Positions 13,160-24,424 of a DNA stretch of 64,000 bases are shown here, in pieces. A program made the translations under genes and the position numbers. The stretch covers positions 1 to 64,000 of the forward strand of contig MCFH01000063.1 in assembly GCA_002104945.1 (NCBI GenBank), read 5' to 3'. Source of the stretch: Piromyces finnis finn (lineage: Eukaryota; Fungi; Neocallimastigomycota). Numbering within the stretch: the first letter of the stretch is position 1; each line of letters starts with the position of its first letter. The notes below the pieces were generated by a model. It was not told where the DNA came from. It saw only the letters and a list, made by a program, of their open reading frames with translations, and ran no database searches.

Positions 13160-13283
13160 TATGTATATAAAATCTTATCAAATCTAATAATTAACGATAA
13201 AGTAACGAAAATATAGTAAATATATGTATATAAAATCTTGTCAAAACTATAATTGCTGATAAAATAACGAAAATATAATAAAT
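13160..13283. repeat. 63-bp tandem duplication upstream of the esterase gene
   Basis: tatgtatataaaatcttRtcaaa...gataaaRtaacgaaaatataRtaaata at 13160 and 13223. Confidence 0.8.
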
Positions 13284-13594
13284 ACATTACTAAAAATCTA
13301 AAGAAAAAAGCTTTTGGAATTTATATAATAATCAAATCATAATATATTTATTATTTGAAATTATAACTACTTTTTTAAGTTTTATAAATTCAAATTGTAA
13401 TATACAATTTATTTTAAATAAATAAACATTATCAAAAATATTAATCTAAATAATTTATTCAATATTTATCAATATTGACGTTTCAATAAGTTAAAAACAT
13501 ACATTCAAGTGATTAATACATTATTATCGCATCATATATATTTATAAGTAATTCATATCAATATCAATATCAATATCAATATTATAATATAAAT

Positions 13595-15163
13595 ATGAAA
13601 GGTAAATTTTTATTTTCAATCATTTCTTCTTTATTTATTAATAAAGCATTAAGTGATTGCTTTTCGAGAAATCTTGGATTTAATTGTTGTGAAAATGAAA
13701 GCACTTCTGTATTTTTTGTTGATGATAATGGTTCTTGGGGTGTTGAAAATGATGAATGGTGTGGTCTTTCTTCAACTTCATCATCCAATAAACTATGCTG
13801 GTCAGAAGTTTATGATTATTCATGTTGTAAAAAAACAACCCAAGTCATGTATATTGACTCCAAAGGTACTTGGGGTATTGAAAATGGAGAATGGTGTGGT
13901 CTTGACCCAGCTTCATTATTAGCAACTACTACTTCTGCTTCTAGTCCAACCTCCATTTCATGCTGGTCAGAAGTTTATGGATATTCATGTTGTAGAGAAA
14001 CTACTACAGTCATTACTTCTGATTCAAAAGGTAATTGGGGTGCTGAAAATGGTGAATGGTGTGGTCTTACTTTGGTCGATAAGAACATTGATCCAACCAC
14101 CTCCAATACCACAAAACCAATAGAAATTGAAGAACCTTATTGTTGGTCAGAACCTCTCGGTTATCCATGTTGTAGTATTGAAGCTAAACCATCAGATGAA
14201 GCTAGTATTTGGGGTTGGGAAAATGAAGAATGGTGTGGTATGACCAGCATTATACCAAATACAATTAATACCTCTAATTTTCAACCTTTAAGAGGTGGTG
14301 CTCTTAAAGCTAAGCAATATATGAATAAAGCAACAATAATTAATCCTATTCCAAGTAATGCTAATGATAGAGTTGAAGGTGTTACCAAAGAAAAGGTTTA
14401 CTACTACTCTTCCTTCTCTCAATCCCAACGCCCATTAAATGTTATTTTACCACCAAATTATTCAACCGATAAAAAATATCCAGTACTTTACTTACTTCAT
14501 GGTGTAGCTGCTAATGAAGATATCATGGTAGAAGAATATAATGGTGCTTTAAATATTCCACCTAACCTTGCTAAACAAGGTAAGGCTAAGGAAATGATTA
14601 TTGTTTCTCCACGTGTTAATATTTATCCACCAGGTGTTGATGAAGTTGAATTCGCTTTTTCCACAGAATATCTTTCTGGTTTTGATAATTTTATTAATGA
14701 TTTAATAGATAGTATTATGCCATTCATTGAAACTCATTATTCAGTTCTTACAGGTAGAAACAATACAGCTATTGCTGGCTTTTCTATGGGTGGTCGTACA
14801 GCACTTTATATTGGTTATAGTAAACCTGAATTATTTGGTTATGTTTGTGGTCTTTCACCCGCTTTTGGATTAACTCCTATTGAAGGATCTAGTGTATATC
14901 ATAGTCTTTTCCCATCCGAAGAAGATGTCAAAATTAGAAATGTTAATAAAACACCTTATGTCACTTTAATTAGTTGGGGAAATATTGATACTGTTGTTAA
15001 TCCCTACCCATTTATTTATCATAAAGTTCTTACGAATAATAATCAACCTCATCTTTATATGGAAGTTATTGGTGCTAATCATGATGAAATAGCTATCACT
15101 CATGGTTTATATAATTTTGTTATGACGCTTTTCGGTCAATTAGATGAAAAAATTAATAATTAA
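13595..15163 (+). CDS. Secreted cellulosomal carbohydrate esterase (CE1-type, feruloyl/acetyl-xylan esterase-like) with four N-terminal fungal dockerin (CBM10-like) domains
   Basis: Signal peptide; four C-W/F-x4-Y/F-x-CC...WG-x-EN-x2-WCG repeats; esterase motifs YPVLYLLHG and nucleophile GFSMGG; candidate acid/His in GNIDTVV and GANHD; intronless. Confidence 0.9.
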   Translation: MKGKFLFSIISSLFINKALSDCFSRNLGFNCCENESTSVFFVDDNGSWGVENDEWCGLSSTSSSNKLCWSEVYDYSCCKKTTQVMYIDSKGTWGIENGEWCGLDPASLLATTTSASSPTSISCWSEVYGYSCCRETTTVITSDSKGNWGAENGEWCGLTLVDKNIDPTTSNTTKPIEIEEPYCWSEPLGYPCCSIEAKPSDEASIWGWENEEWCGMTSIIPNTINTSNFQPLRGGALKAKQYMNKATIINPIPSNANDRVEGVTKEKVYYYSSFSQSQRPLNVILPPNYSTDKKYPVLYLLHGVAANEDIMVEEYNGALNIPPNLAKQGKAKEMIIVSPRVNIYPPGVDEVEFAFSTEYLSGFDNFINDLIDSIMPFIETHYSVLTGRNNTAIAGFSMGGRTALYIGYSKPELFGYVCGLSPAFGLTPIEGSSVYHSLFPSEEDVKIRNVNKTPYVTLISWGNIDTVVNPYPFIYHKVLTNNNQPHLYMEVIGANHDEIAITHGLYNFVMTLFGQLDEKINN

Positions 15164-15406
15164 ATGATTTTTTTTTTTTTTTTTTTTTTAAAAAGATCCA
15201 GATAGGTGATGATAATCATTTTATTAAATCCCAAATTCTAATCAAATAAAAATTGTAATTTATTTATTAAAAAAAAAAAAAAATATGTAAATTCTAAATA
15301 CTAATATTATTTTTATATGTAAATTATAGTTTAAAATGTTTTTACACTCTACTTTTTAGCTTATCTTTATTAATATAAGAAAAGAGAAGAAGAAAAGAAA
15401 TTTTTT

Positions 15407-15437
<31 letters not shown>

Positions 15438-15631
15438 GGTATAATATCATGTTTTTATTTTATTATATTTTATATGAAATTAAATAAAACTAAATATATT
15501 GCATATTATCATTTATTAAATATATATTTATTAAAAAAAAAAAAAAGAGAGATGCAATTTCCCTTTTTTTATTTAATCTAATTCAATTATTATGGAAAGA
15601 ATGTATTTTTATATGAAGTTTTATTTTTTTT

Positions 15632-16647
15632 TTAAAGATCGATTTTTCTATCGGATTGAAAATTTTTCGTTTTTTTTTTATTTTTCTTTTTAATATCAGA
15701 TGATGATGGTGGTGAATCTGAATCAATTTCACTGCAATGAATTTTTTCGTCGAAACGAAGGTAGTCATAATGAAGTTCTTCATCCGGATCTTTAATAATA
15801 GCACTTATATTTAAATGTTTCATTTGTCGACATACTTTATTCATAAATTTTTTATCGGTGACTAAACCGTAAAATGCTGCAAATACTGCTTTATCTTTTT
15901 TAAGGAATGTATGATAGTCTTGACATTCATAATAATCCGAACATTGTTCATTAATTGCAAAATCATAATCGTCTACCAATTCCTTTACTAATTCTAAACA
16001 ATTTTTTAAACCGGCTGAAAGATCTCGAGCATGAGCTTCCTGAGCTAACCACCGATTATATTGAAGTTGATCCTTGGCCGTTAATCGATCTTTCCATTTT
16101 ACATTGGTGAAAGCATCAACATTATCAAATTCAATCCCATCACAACCTTTTTCTTTTGCTAAATCAAGTCGTTCTATCATGAAAGGTTTAATGGCTTCCA
16201 CACGAAAATCCAGCCAATTTTCTTCCCAATCCTTCATTTTAGTTCTTACAAGACCCTCTACCATTCGCATACCCGAAGATTCTTTTCGAAAAGGTTCATA
16301 GGTACCGGCTGAAAAATAACAAATGACTTTTATATCAATATCATGGAGGTATTGAATTGTTTTACCGTCTGCATTAAATAAATCAATATCAATGACATCG
16401 TATTCCCCTTTTTTACTATAATAATAATATAAAGGGATAATTGTTAGTAAACAATAAAAGATAATAATACTAATAATAATAATAAAAAGATTTGTTAATA
16501 TATATACAAATTAATTTTATTTGGATTATCTCCTAATACCCAATTCCAAGTTAAGCCAGCTTTTGGTTTCCAATAAGCATTGACACCTTGTAGGTTTAAA
16601 CTTGTTAATAGTGGTACGATAATGAAAATTAATATTGCTAGTTGCAT
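15632..16647 (-). CDS. GH114 (endo-alpha-1,4-polygalactosaminidase-like) paralogue B, 307 aa: complement(join(15632..16415,16508..16647))
   Basis: Signal peptide then YWKPKAGLTWNWVLG; VICYFSAGTYE; KGCDGIEFDNVD; GLKN; FAINEQC. The 92-nt GT-AG intron has a TACTAAC-type branch point. Confidence 0.85.
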
Positions 16648-17208
16648 GCTGCATGTTTTTTTTTTTTTTTTTAAATATATATTTAAATTTTTAGTTATAA
16701 AAAGTTGTAAATTATCATACTTTTCATTTAGTAACAATAAGAATAGCAGTAATACTAATATTATATATATTATATTATTATGTATTCTATTATTATTATT
16801 AGATTATTAAAAAAAAAAAAAAGTGTAATAAAAGAATTATTATTGAATGAAATGGAAATAAAATTTCTAAATTCTTGAAATGTTGGAATGGATATTGATA
16901 AAATATTAAATATAATTATTATATTTCCATAAATATGAAAATGGATTTTTTCTAAAAAAAAAACTTTATAATAAAAAACAATAATAATAATAATAAAAAA
17001 AAGAAAACAAAATGAATTAGAATTTGAATGAATTATTTGAAATTTAAAATTTCAAAAATAAATATTTATATAAATTAAAAATTTACTTTTTTTTTTAAAT
17101 TAATTTTTTTTAATTAAATTTTTTTAAAAAAGACTTTTCATTTGTAGGCACATTTATTTAGGTTTATACTTTTTATTTTTAAAAATAAAACCTAATCATT
17201 TTCATTCT

Positions 17209-17246
<38 letters not shown>

Positions 17247-17637
17247 CTAATAAATGTACTATTAATTATCAAATAAATAAAAGAAAATATTAAAAAAGAA
17301 TTATCCTTAAAGTCATATTTTATTATAATATTTCTTTGTTTATAAAATATAAATATATTATATATTATTATATATTATAAAAAAAAATACTATAAAAAAT
17401 ACATTTTTTTATAATTGTATATTTATTGTTGAATGATGCTGAAGCAATATGTTATTGTAATATATATAATCATATAATTAATATATTTTATTATATTATT
17501 ATAAATTAAAGTGCGATAGATTTCAGTTTAATTTTATTTGTATACTTTAAATAAAATATAAAATATAAAATATGTTATAATGGAATGAGTTGTTTGAAGT
17601 AAAAAAAAAAAAAAAAAAAAAAAAAACTAGATTTAAT

Positions 17638-18095
17638 TTAATATTTCCACATCCATTTCCAGAATCTGTTTGTAGTAGTCATTGTTGTTCTACGTCTACC
17701 TTTAGTTGTGGTTTTTTTTACAGTTTTTTTAGTGGGGATTGATTTAATTAAGGGTGTGATGATTTTCTTGGTGGTTTTTCTAATAGTAGTATTCTTCTTA
17801 GTATTAGTAGTAGTAGTGGTAGCGGTGGTAGTAATTGATTTATGAGTAGCAGTAGTAGTTATTGGTTTAAATGAGGTAGATTTTTTAGTGGTTGAAGTAG
17901 TTTTCTTGGTAGTTGTAGTTTTTGGTTTAATAGTAGTAGTGATAGTTTTTTTGATAGTTATAGTGTTAGTAGTTTTTTTTGTAGTGGAAGTGGTTGTAGG
18001 CTTAATGTTAGTAGTAGTAATAGTAGTAGTAGTAGTTTTTTTTGTAGTGGAAGTGGTTGTAGGCTTAATGTTAGTTGTAGTTTTTGGTTTAACAA

Positions 18096-18126
<31 letters not shown>

Positions 18127-18270
18127 TTTTTTTGTAGTGGAAGTGGTTGTAGGCTTAATGTTAGTTGTAGTTTTTGGTTTAACAGTAGTAGTAGTAGTAG
18201 TAGTAGTTGTGGTTTTTTTTGTAGTGGAAGTGGTTGTAGGCTTAATGTTAGTTGTAGTTTTTGGTTTAAC

Positions 18271-18303
<33 letters not shown>

Positions 18304-18495
18304 TGTGGTTTTTTTGGTTGTTATAGTTGTAGTTTTTGGTTTAACAGTAGTAGTAGTAGTAGTAGTAGTAGTTTTTTTTGTAGTGGAAGTGGTTGTAGGC
18401 TTAATGTTAGTTGTAGTTTTTGGTTTAACAGTAGTAGTAGTAGTAGTAGTAGTTGTGGTTTTTTTGGTTGTTATAGTTGTAGTTTTTGGTTTAAC

Positions 18496-18528
<33 letters not shown>

Positions 18529-19709
18529 TTTGGTTGTTGTAGTTATTGGTTTAATGGTAGTAGTAGTAGTACTAGTAGTTTTGGTTGTTGTAGTTGTTGG
18601 TTTAATGGTAGTAGTAAAGGTTGACTTAGTTGTTGTATAACTATCTTTTTCAGCAGCATGAACATCATTGCAATAGTAGTCATAATCAAAACGTTCATAA
18701 TTGTATTCCAATTCTTGATTTGGATCCTTTATTATAATACTTAAATTTAAGTTATCTACTTGATCGCAAATCCGATTAATAAATTTTGAATCTGAAGATC
18801 GGCCATAGAGGGCAACAAACACGGCTAAATCATTTTTTAAAAAGATGTCATATTTTTTACACTCATTATAATCGGAACATTGTTCATTAATTGCAAAATC
18901 ATAAACATCTTGTAAGTGATCTAATAAATCAATACAATTTTTTAAACCGGCAGCTAAATCACGGGCATGAGCTTCTTCGGCTAACCAACGATTATACTGT
19001 AATTGATCTATCATGGTTAGTTTATCGTCCCAATGAACAGAAGAATAAGCATCAACATTATCAAATTCAATACCATCACAACCTTTTGTTTTAGCTAAAT
19101 CAAGACGTTCCGTCATAAAAGGTTTAATTCCTTCAAGTCTAAAATCAAGCCAATATTCATCCCATTCATCCATTTTGGTTCTAATAAGGCCATAAACATT
19201 TTGCATTTCTTTAGATTCTATTCTAAACGGTTCATAAGTACCAGCAGAAAAATAGCAAATTACTTTTAAACCAAGATTATGCATTGATGTAATAGATTCC
19301 TTTGTAACGTCATATAGATCAACATCAATAACGTCATATTCACCTTTTTTACTCACATATAGATATGGTATTATGGTATTTAAAAAAAATAAATATATAA
19401 ATATTTTTTTTATTTCATAGGAATATAATTCATGAGTATATTTAAAAAATAAGATGTAAAATCATGAAAAAAAAAAAAAAAATTAGTATAGATGTCATTC
19501 TATTATTATTATTATTATTATTATTATTTTTTTTTTACAAAGAAAGTATTTAAAAAAGTATATTATTACAGTAAAAGGTTATTTGGATTACTTCCTAAAA
19601 CCCAATTCCATGTTAATCCAGGTTTTGGTTTCCAATAGGCCTTGGTGATTGGAAAAATGGAAAAGTTTAATACAATTAAAAAATACTGGAATGATATAAA
19701 TAAATTCAT
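17638..19709 (-). CDS. GH114 paralogue A, 617 aa, with ~330-aa Thr/Lys-rich repetitive C-terminal tail: complement(join(17638..19351,19570..19709))
   Basis: Same catalytic motifs as paralogue B, same 140-nt first exon and phase-2 intron. The tail is built of KPKTTTNIKPTTTSTTKKTTTTTTTTT repeats. Confidence 0.85.
17880..18630 (-). repeat. Coding minisatellite encoding the Thr-rich tail
   Basis: Recurring ~80-nt blocks (gtagtggaagtggttgtaggcttaatgttag...tttttggtttaacagtagtagta) with variable (GTA)n. Confidence 0.9.
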
Positions 19710-22312
19710 TTTTATGAATAATAATATAGCTAATTAATAATTAATAATAAATTAATAGATAATAATAATATGTATATTGTATTTTTTTTTAATTAAAATG
19801 AAAAGGTCAATAAATATCTAAATTGAAAAATATATAGGTTATAGTATAAAAAATAGTATTTTTGTTAGGTAAGATAAAAAAAAAAAATTGAGTTGCTATA
19901 AATTGTAATATAATTTATAATGATTATTATATTACAATATAATAACTATATAATTTCTGCGCAAGCTGAAGCAATGAATAAAAAAGAAGGTTTAAAAAAA
20001 CAAAAAAGAATTATAATATTATATATTAATTTGAATGAAAATTAAATATCATTTAATAGAATAATGATAATAATATTAAAAAAAGAAAACAATGATAAAA
20101 ATGTTATTTTTTAAGAAAAAATGTTTTTGATCTGTTAAGAATAGTAATAATAATAAAAAAAAAGTTAGTAATAATATTATCATTAATACTAACTATGCAA
20201 TATTATTTACTATTATAAATCTCGATATGTATTTTTAGATTATTAAAAAAACTTAATAGGTATTCATTCAAATGTAGAAATTTTTTGAACTATTTATACT
20301 TTTTGTATGATTAATTTTCAATCTATATTTTCACTAACCGCAATTTTCTTTTTTTTTTTTTTTTTTTTTTTTCGATTAAAAATTAATAATAAATAGGTAT
20401 AATAATAAGCATTTAGAATTATGATTGTAATTAAAAATATAAAATATAAAACATTATTTGATAATCATGATTATACATTATACAATTATACAATAAAAAC
20501 AAACTAGAGATAATTTTTATTCATTTCGATAACTTTTATGAAGCAATAGGCCCATCTTTTCTACTATCTGCTGAATGATAAAAAGTTTATCATTTTAGTA
20601 ATCCTAGCTCTTTTTCCTTTTTTCCCTTTTCAATTTCTATATAATTTTTCCATTCAACTTTTTTTAAAATTTTAAAGATGATCCACCAATCCTATTTAAT
20701 TATCTTTTTAAAATGTATAATACGTAAATTGATCCACCAATAAAAACAAATATTTTCACTTTTCATGTATCCTATTTTGATTCCATAATTTTGTTACATT
20801 TTCCTTTTTTAGTTAAAAAAATTTAATTATTTAGCGTGTGTAACCCAACACAAATGTACCAAATAAAGAAAAAAAATCAGGGTAGTACAAGAACTGAAAA
20901 TTAAAAATTAAAAAAAAAAAAGAAAATGGAAAGGAAAGCCTTTTTTAAAAGTTGATTATTATTATTATTTTTTTTTTTATAATAACTAAAAAGCGATTTA
21001 CTTTTTCATGAAAAGAAGAGATGAAAAGATGAAAAAATAAAAAAAAGGAAAAAGAAAAAAAGCATAAAAATTACTTTTTTTTTAAATAAAATGATAGGAA
21101 TTGAAAATTTATTAAAAAAAAAAAAAATTAAATGCTCTATTTAAAATCAAGTAAAATAATTGACTTTATATTTTCATGATAATAAAGGATGATTATATAT
21201 AAGAATATACATGTAATTATTATTAATGTTTTTATGAAAAAAAATCGTATGATTAACTATTTTTAAAATAATATTTTAAACATATTTAATAGTAAATTGT
21301 TAGGATGTGAATTCAATAAAATAATATATATTTTATATTTTATATTTATATCATTTTCCATTCATAGATAAATTATCGTTAATTAGTTGATATTAGTTAT
21401 TATTGATGATAATAATAACAATAATAACAATTACCACTAATTTTATAATTCTTTCCTTATTTTCATAGGCTAAAAAAAATTTTTTTTTTGTTGCTTCATC
21501 AAAGTTTCCTATCTGAGTATAGAAAAAAAAAAATAGTTCAATTGTCATTGGATTACTTTTTTTTTTTTTTTTCTTTTTTTTCCTTTTTATGTTAAAATAC
21601 ATTTTAATTTTATAAACTTTTTTTAATAATTGTTATTTTTTTGTTGTAAATAAATAATATAATTAATAAAACTTTAATTTTATAGAAAAAAAAAGAAAAC
21701 GAAAAAAAAAAAAAAAAAATAAAAAAAATTAGAATTTTAAAAAAAAAATGTTATAATTCTTATTTTTATTAAAAGAATCTATATATATTCGTTTATTATA
21801 AATATCATCTTTGAATTTGATGCCTATAAAAAAACCCATTGTTATTAACAATAATCGATATATCAAATGCATTTATAATTTAAGATGAGTTTAATAAAAT
21901 TATTATTATTATTTGATTAAAACAAAGTGAATGATGATATTTTTTTTTCCACTAGAAATACTCCTTAATAAAATTTATTTTTATTTAAAATTACTATTAT
22001 TATATTATATATTATACATAGGTATATTTTGGATGATTATTCATACTTTGAATGAAAAAAATAAATATATATATTATATTGATGAAAAAAAGGGTTATAA
22101 GTGATCTTTGGGAATGATAAGCAAAAGAATGAAAAAAAAAATAAAGTTATAAATTTTTATATAATCTATTTTAAGAATAATTTAATAGTATTATTTAAAA
22201 TATACTTTTGGGGTGGTCCTTCATTTTTTATCATAATACTATCAATTAATGAAACAAATCAATCCATGATGATATTTGTTTCATTATAGGATTAGTTACT
22301 AATGCATTAAAC

Positions 22313-23683
22313 CTATCTACTGATGAATTTGCTCATCTTTACACCACCACTTAATTTTTCAAATAAATCATTTTTTAATTCTTTTTCACTATTTCTGTAA
22401 TAGTAACCAATTGAAATATGACTTTCCATAATCGATAAATTTGAAGGAACATCATACGGACTAATTAATGTTTTATTTTTAATATCACAATATTTAAAAG
22501 TAGGATGCATATAAGCCTTTTCTTTAAAAATATCATAGTTAATATTAATAAAAATATAGTTCTTAATGCTATCAATAATTTTAAAATCTTCTTTTGTTAG
22601 ATTGCAAATAAGATGATTAGCACTAACACCATATTTATTAGGGATTGAAAGATCGAGGTTGAAACAATAACAAATAAGATTCAATGCCGAAACATAATCT
22701 TTTATCATTAAAAAAAAGTTCATTGGTGTGTTACCATCACCGTCAATTGAAATATTAAAATTGCATCCTATGTCTATTAGGGCATCCATTGTTCTTCCAT
22801 ACACTTTATTTGTCAATATAGCTATATCACTAATTAATGATTCTTCATTAAAACATTCAATATTATTCATATTAGAAAAAAAATCGTAAAATTTTTTTAT
22901 GAATATAGAAACTAACGATTCACCATTCTTATTTTTACTATTGATACTAAGGTTTTTAAACTGTTTATAAAATTTTTTTATTTCCCTAAAACGACAATTT
23001 TCTGCAAGGTACATGAGTGCATTTCTATTTTGCTTATTGAAATAATTGATATCTATACTCGTATCATTCGCTACTCTAGGAAGGACTTTTTCAAGACAAC
23101 TTACTTTATTGTGTTTACATATATAAATGATGATGTTTTCATTTTCTTTATTAATATGATTTAACTTTGTCGTTTTTTCTAATATTGTATCAAATATTTC
23201 TTTGTTTTTTATTGCATGGAAAAGTGCTGTGTTACCATTTATATCTTCATCATTAATAATGTCTATTTCTGGAGTTTTAAGCATTTCCTTAACAGCATTA
23301 TCTAATGCATAATGTTCTGAAGCATGCATTAAAGCATTCATACCCATTTTATCTTTAATATTTAGATTAATTTTTAATTTAATAAGCCATTTAACTGCCA
23401 TTTTATAATCATTACTTTGACATGCTTGAATTAAAACATCACTTTCTCTAAGTCGACTTAAAACAATAAATAAAAGAGGATGATTTATAGCTTTTTCAAT
23501 GTTATCAAAATTTTTAGCTTTCAAAATAATTGGAATTAGTTTTTGGTTAAAATTATCAATTGCTCCATAATCTTTAATTAAATATTCTGAAATTATTTTT
23601 TTATTGTCATCAAGAATTTGTGTCGGATTCTTATTTTTTTCCAACTTTGAGAGAAGCTTATTTTCAATATCATAATATTTCAT
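22313..23683 (-). CDS. Ankyrin-repeat protein, 456 aa, intronless
   Basis: Ankyrin-like units: INLNIKDKMGMNALMHAS, INDEDINGNTALFHAI, INYFNKQNRNALMYLA, FNISIDGDGNTPMNF. Confidence 0.8.
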   Translation of the reverse strand: MKYYDIENKLLSKLEKNKNPTQILDDNKKIISEYLIKDYGAIDNFNQKLIPIILKAKNFDNIEKAINHPLLFIVLSRLRESDVLIQACQSNDYKMAVKWLIKLKINLNIKDKMGMNALMHASEHYALDNAVKEMLKTPEIDIINDEDINGNTALFHAIKNKEIFDTILEKTTKLNHINKENENIIIYICKHNKVSCLEKVLPRVANDTSIDINYFNKQNRNALMYLAENCRFREIKKFYKQFKNLSINSKNKNGESLVSIFIKKFYDFFSNMNNIECFNEESLISDIAILTNKVYGRTMDALIDIGCNFNISIDGDGNTPMNFFLMIKDYVSALNLICYCFNLDLSIPNKYGVSANHLICNLTKEDFKIIDSIKNYIFININYDIFKEKAYMHPTFKYCDIKNKTLISPYDVPSNLSIMESHISIGYYYRNSEKELKNDLFEKLSGGVKMSKFISR

Positions 23684-24424
23684 TTTTTTTTTTTTTTTTT
23701 TAATTTAAAATGAAAATGAATAAATTATAAAATTTTTAAAAGCTAATTTTTAAATTTCTTTTTTTTTTATTTTATAAAATTAACATTTTTATTTTACTGT
23801 AATATTCTTTGTATTATACTTTATGCAAGTATTAGAATATATATGATATAATTATTTATATTATATATGCATAGAATGGTTTATTCGTTTTTATTTATTC
23901 ATTCTTATTTTTTTTAAACGATTACCGCTTTCTTTGCTTTCTTTACTATCAAAAAAAAAAAAAAAAAAAAAAACTTTAACATATAATTTTCTAATAAATT
24001 ATTCATTTTTTAATATATAATTTAATTTATAAAAAAGAAGATTCGAAATAAAACTTTTCATAATAACAAAATAAAAAAGATAAAGTAACCTAGAATTAAT
24101 TAAATCTACTGCTTTTGCAAAGTTAATATTAATATTACTACATATTACTTTTTTTAACCTTTACTTTTATAATTAATTGATGTATTAAAAATAATTAAAT
24201 TTATTTATTATTATTATTTCTTTTTTGTTTAAATTATTCTTAATGAAACTTACCTTTCTATTTCATTATTTCATCTTAAAATAATACAAATATCAAATAA
24301 CATTACATTATAATTTTTCTCTTAATGAATTGGAAATTCAACTCATTTAATTTCTATCTTCCTTTACTATTTTACTAATGTCATTTTTATTAACGTCTTT
24401 ATCATGTCGTCTACTAAAACTATA

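Noticed and set aside
17888-18640. Val-rich 250-aa plus-strand ORF
   Set aside because: Antisense shadow of the Thr-rich coding repeat.
23014-23026. GAGTGCATTTCT match to the SINE 3' end inside the ankyrin gene
   Set aside because: Only 12 bp, it encodes the ankyrin RNAL motif, and the flanks do not align.
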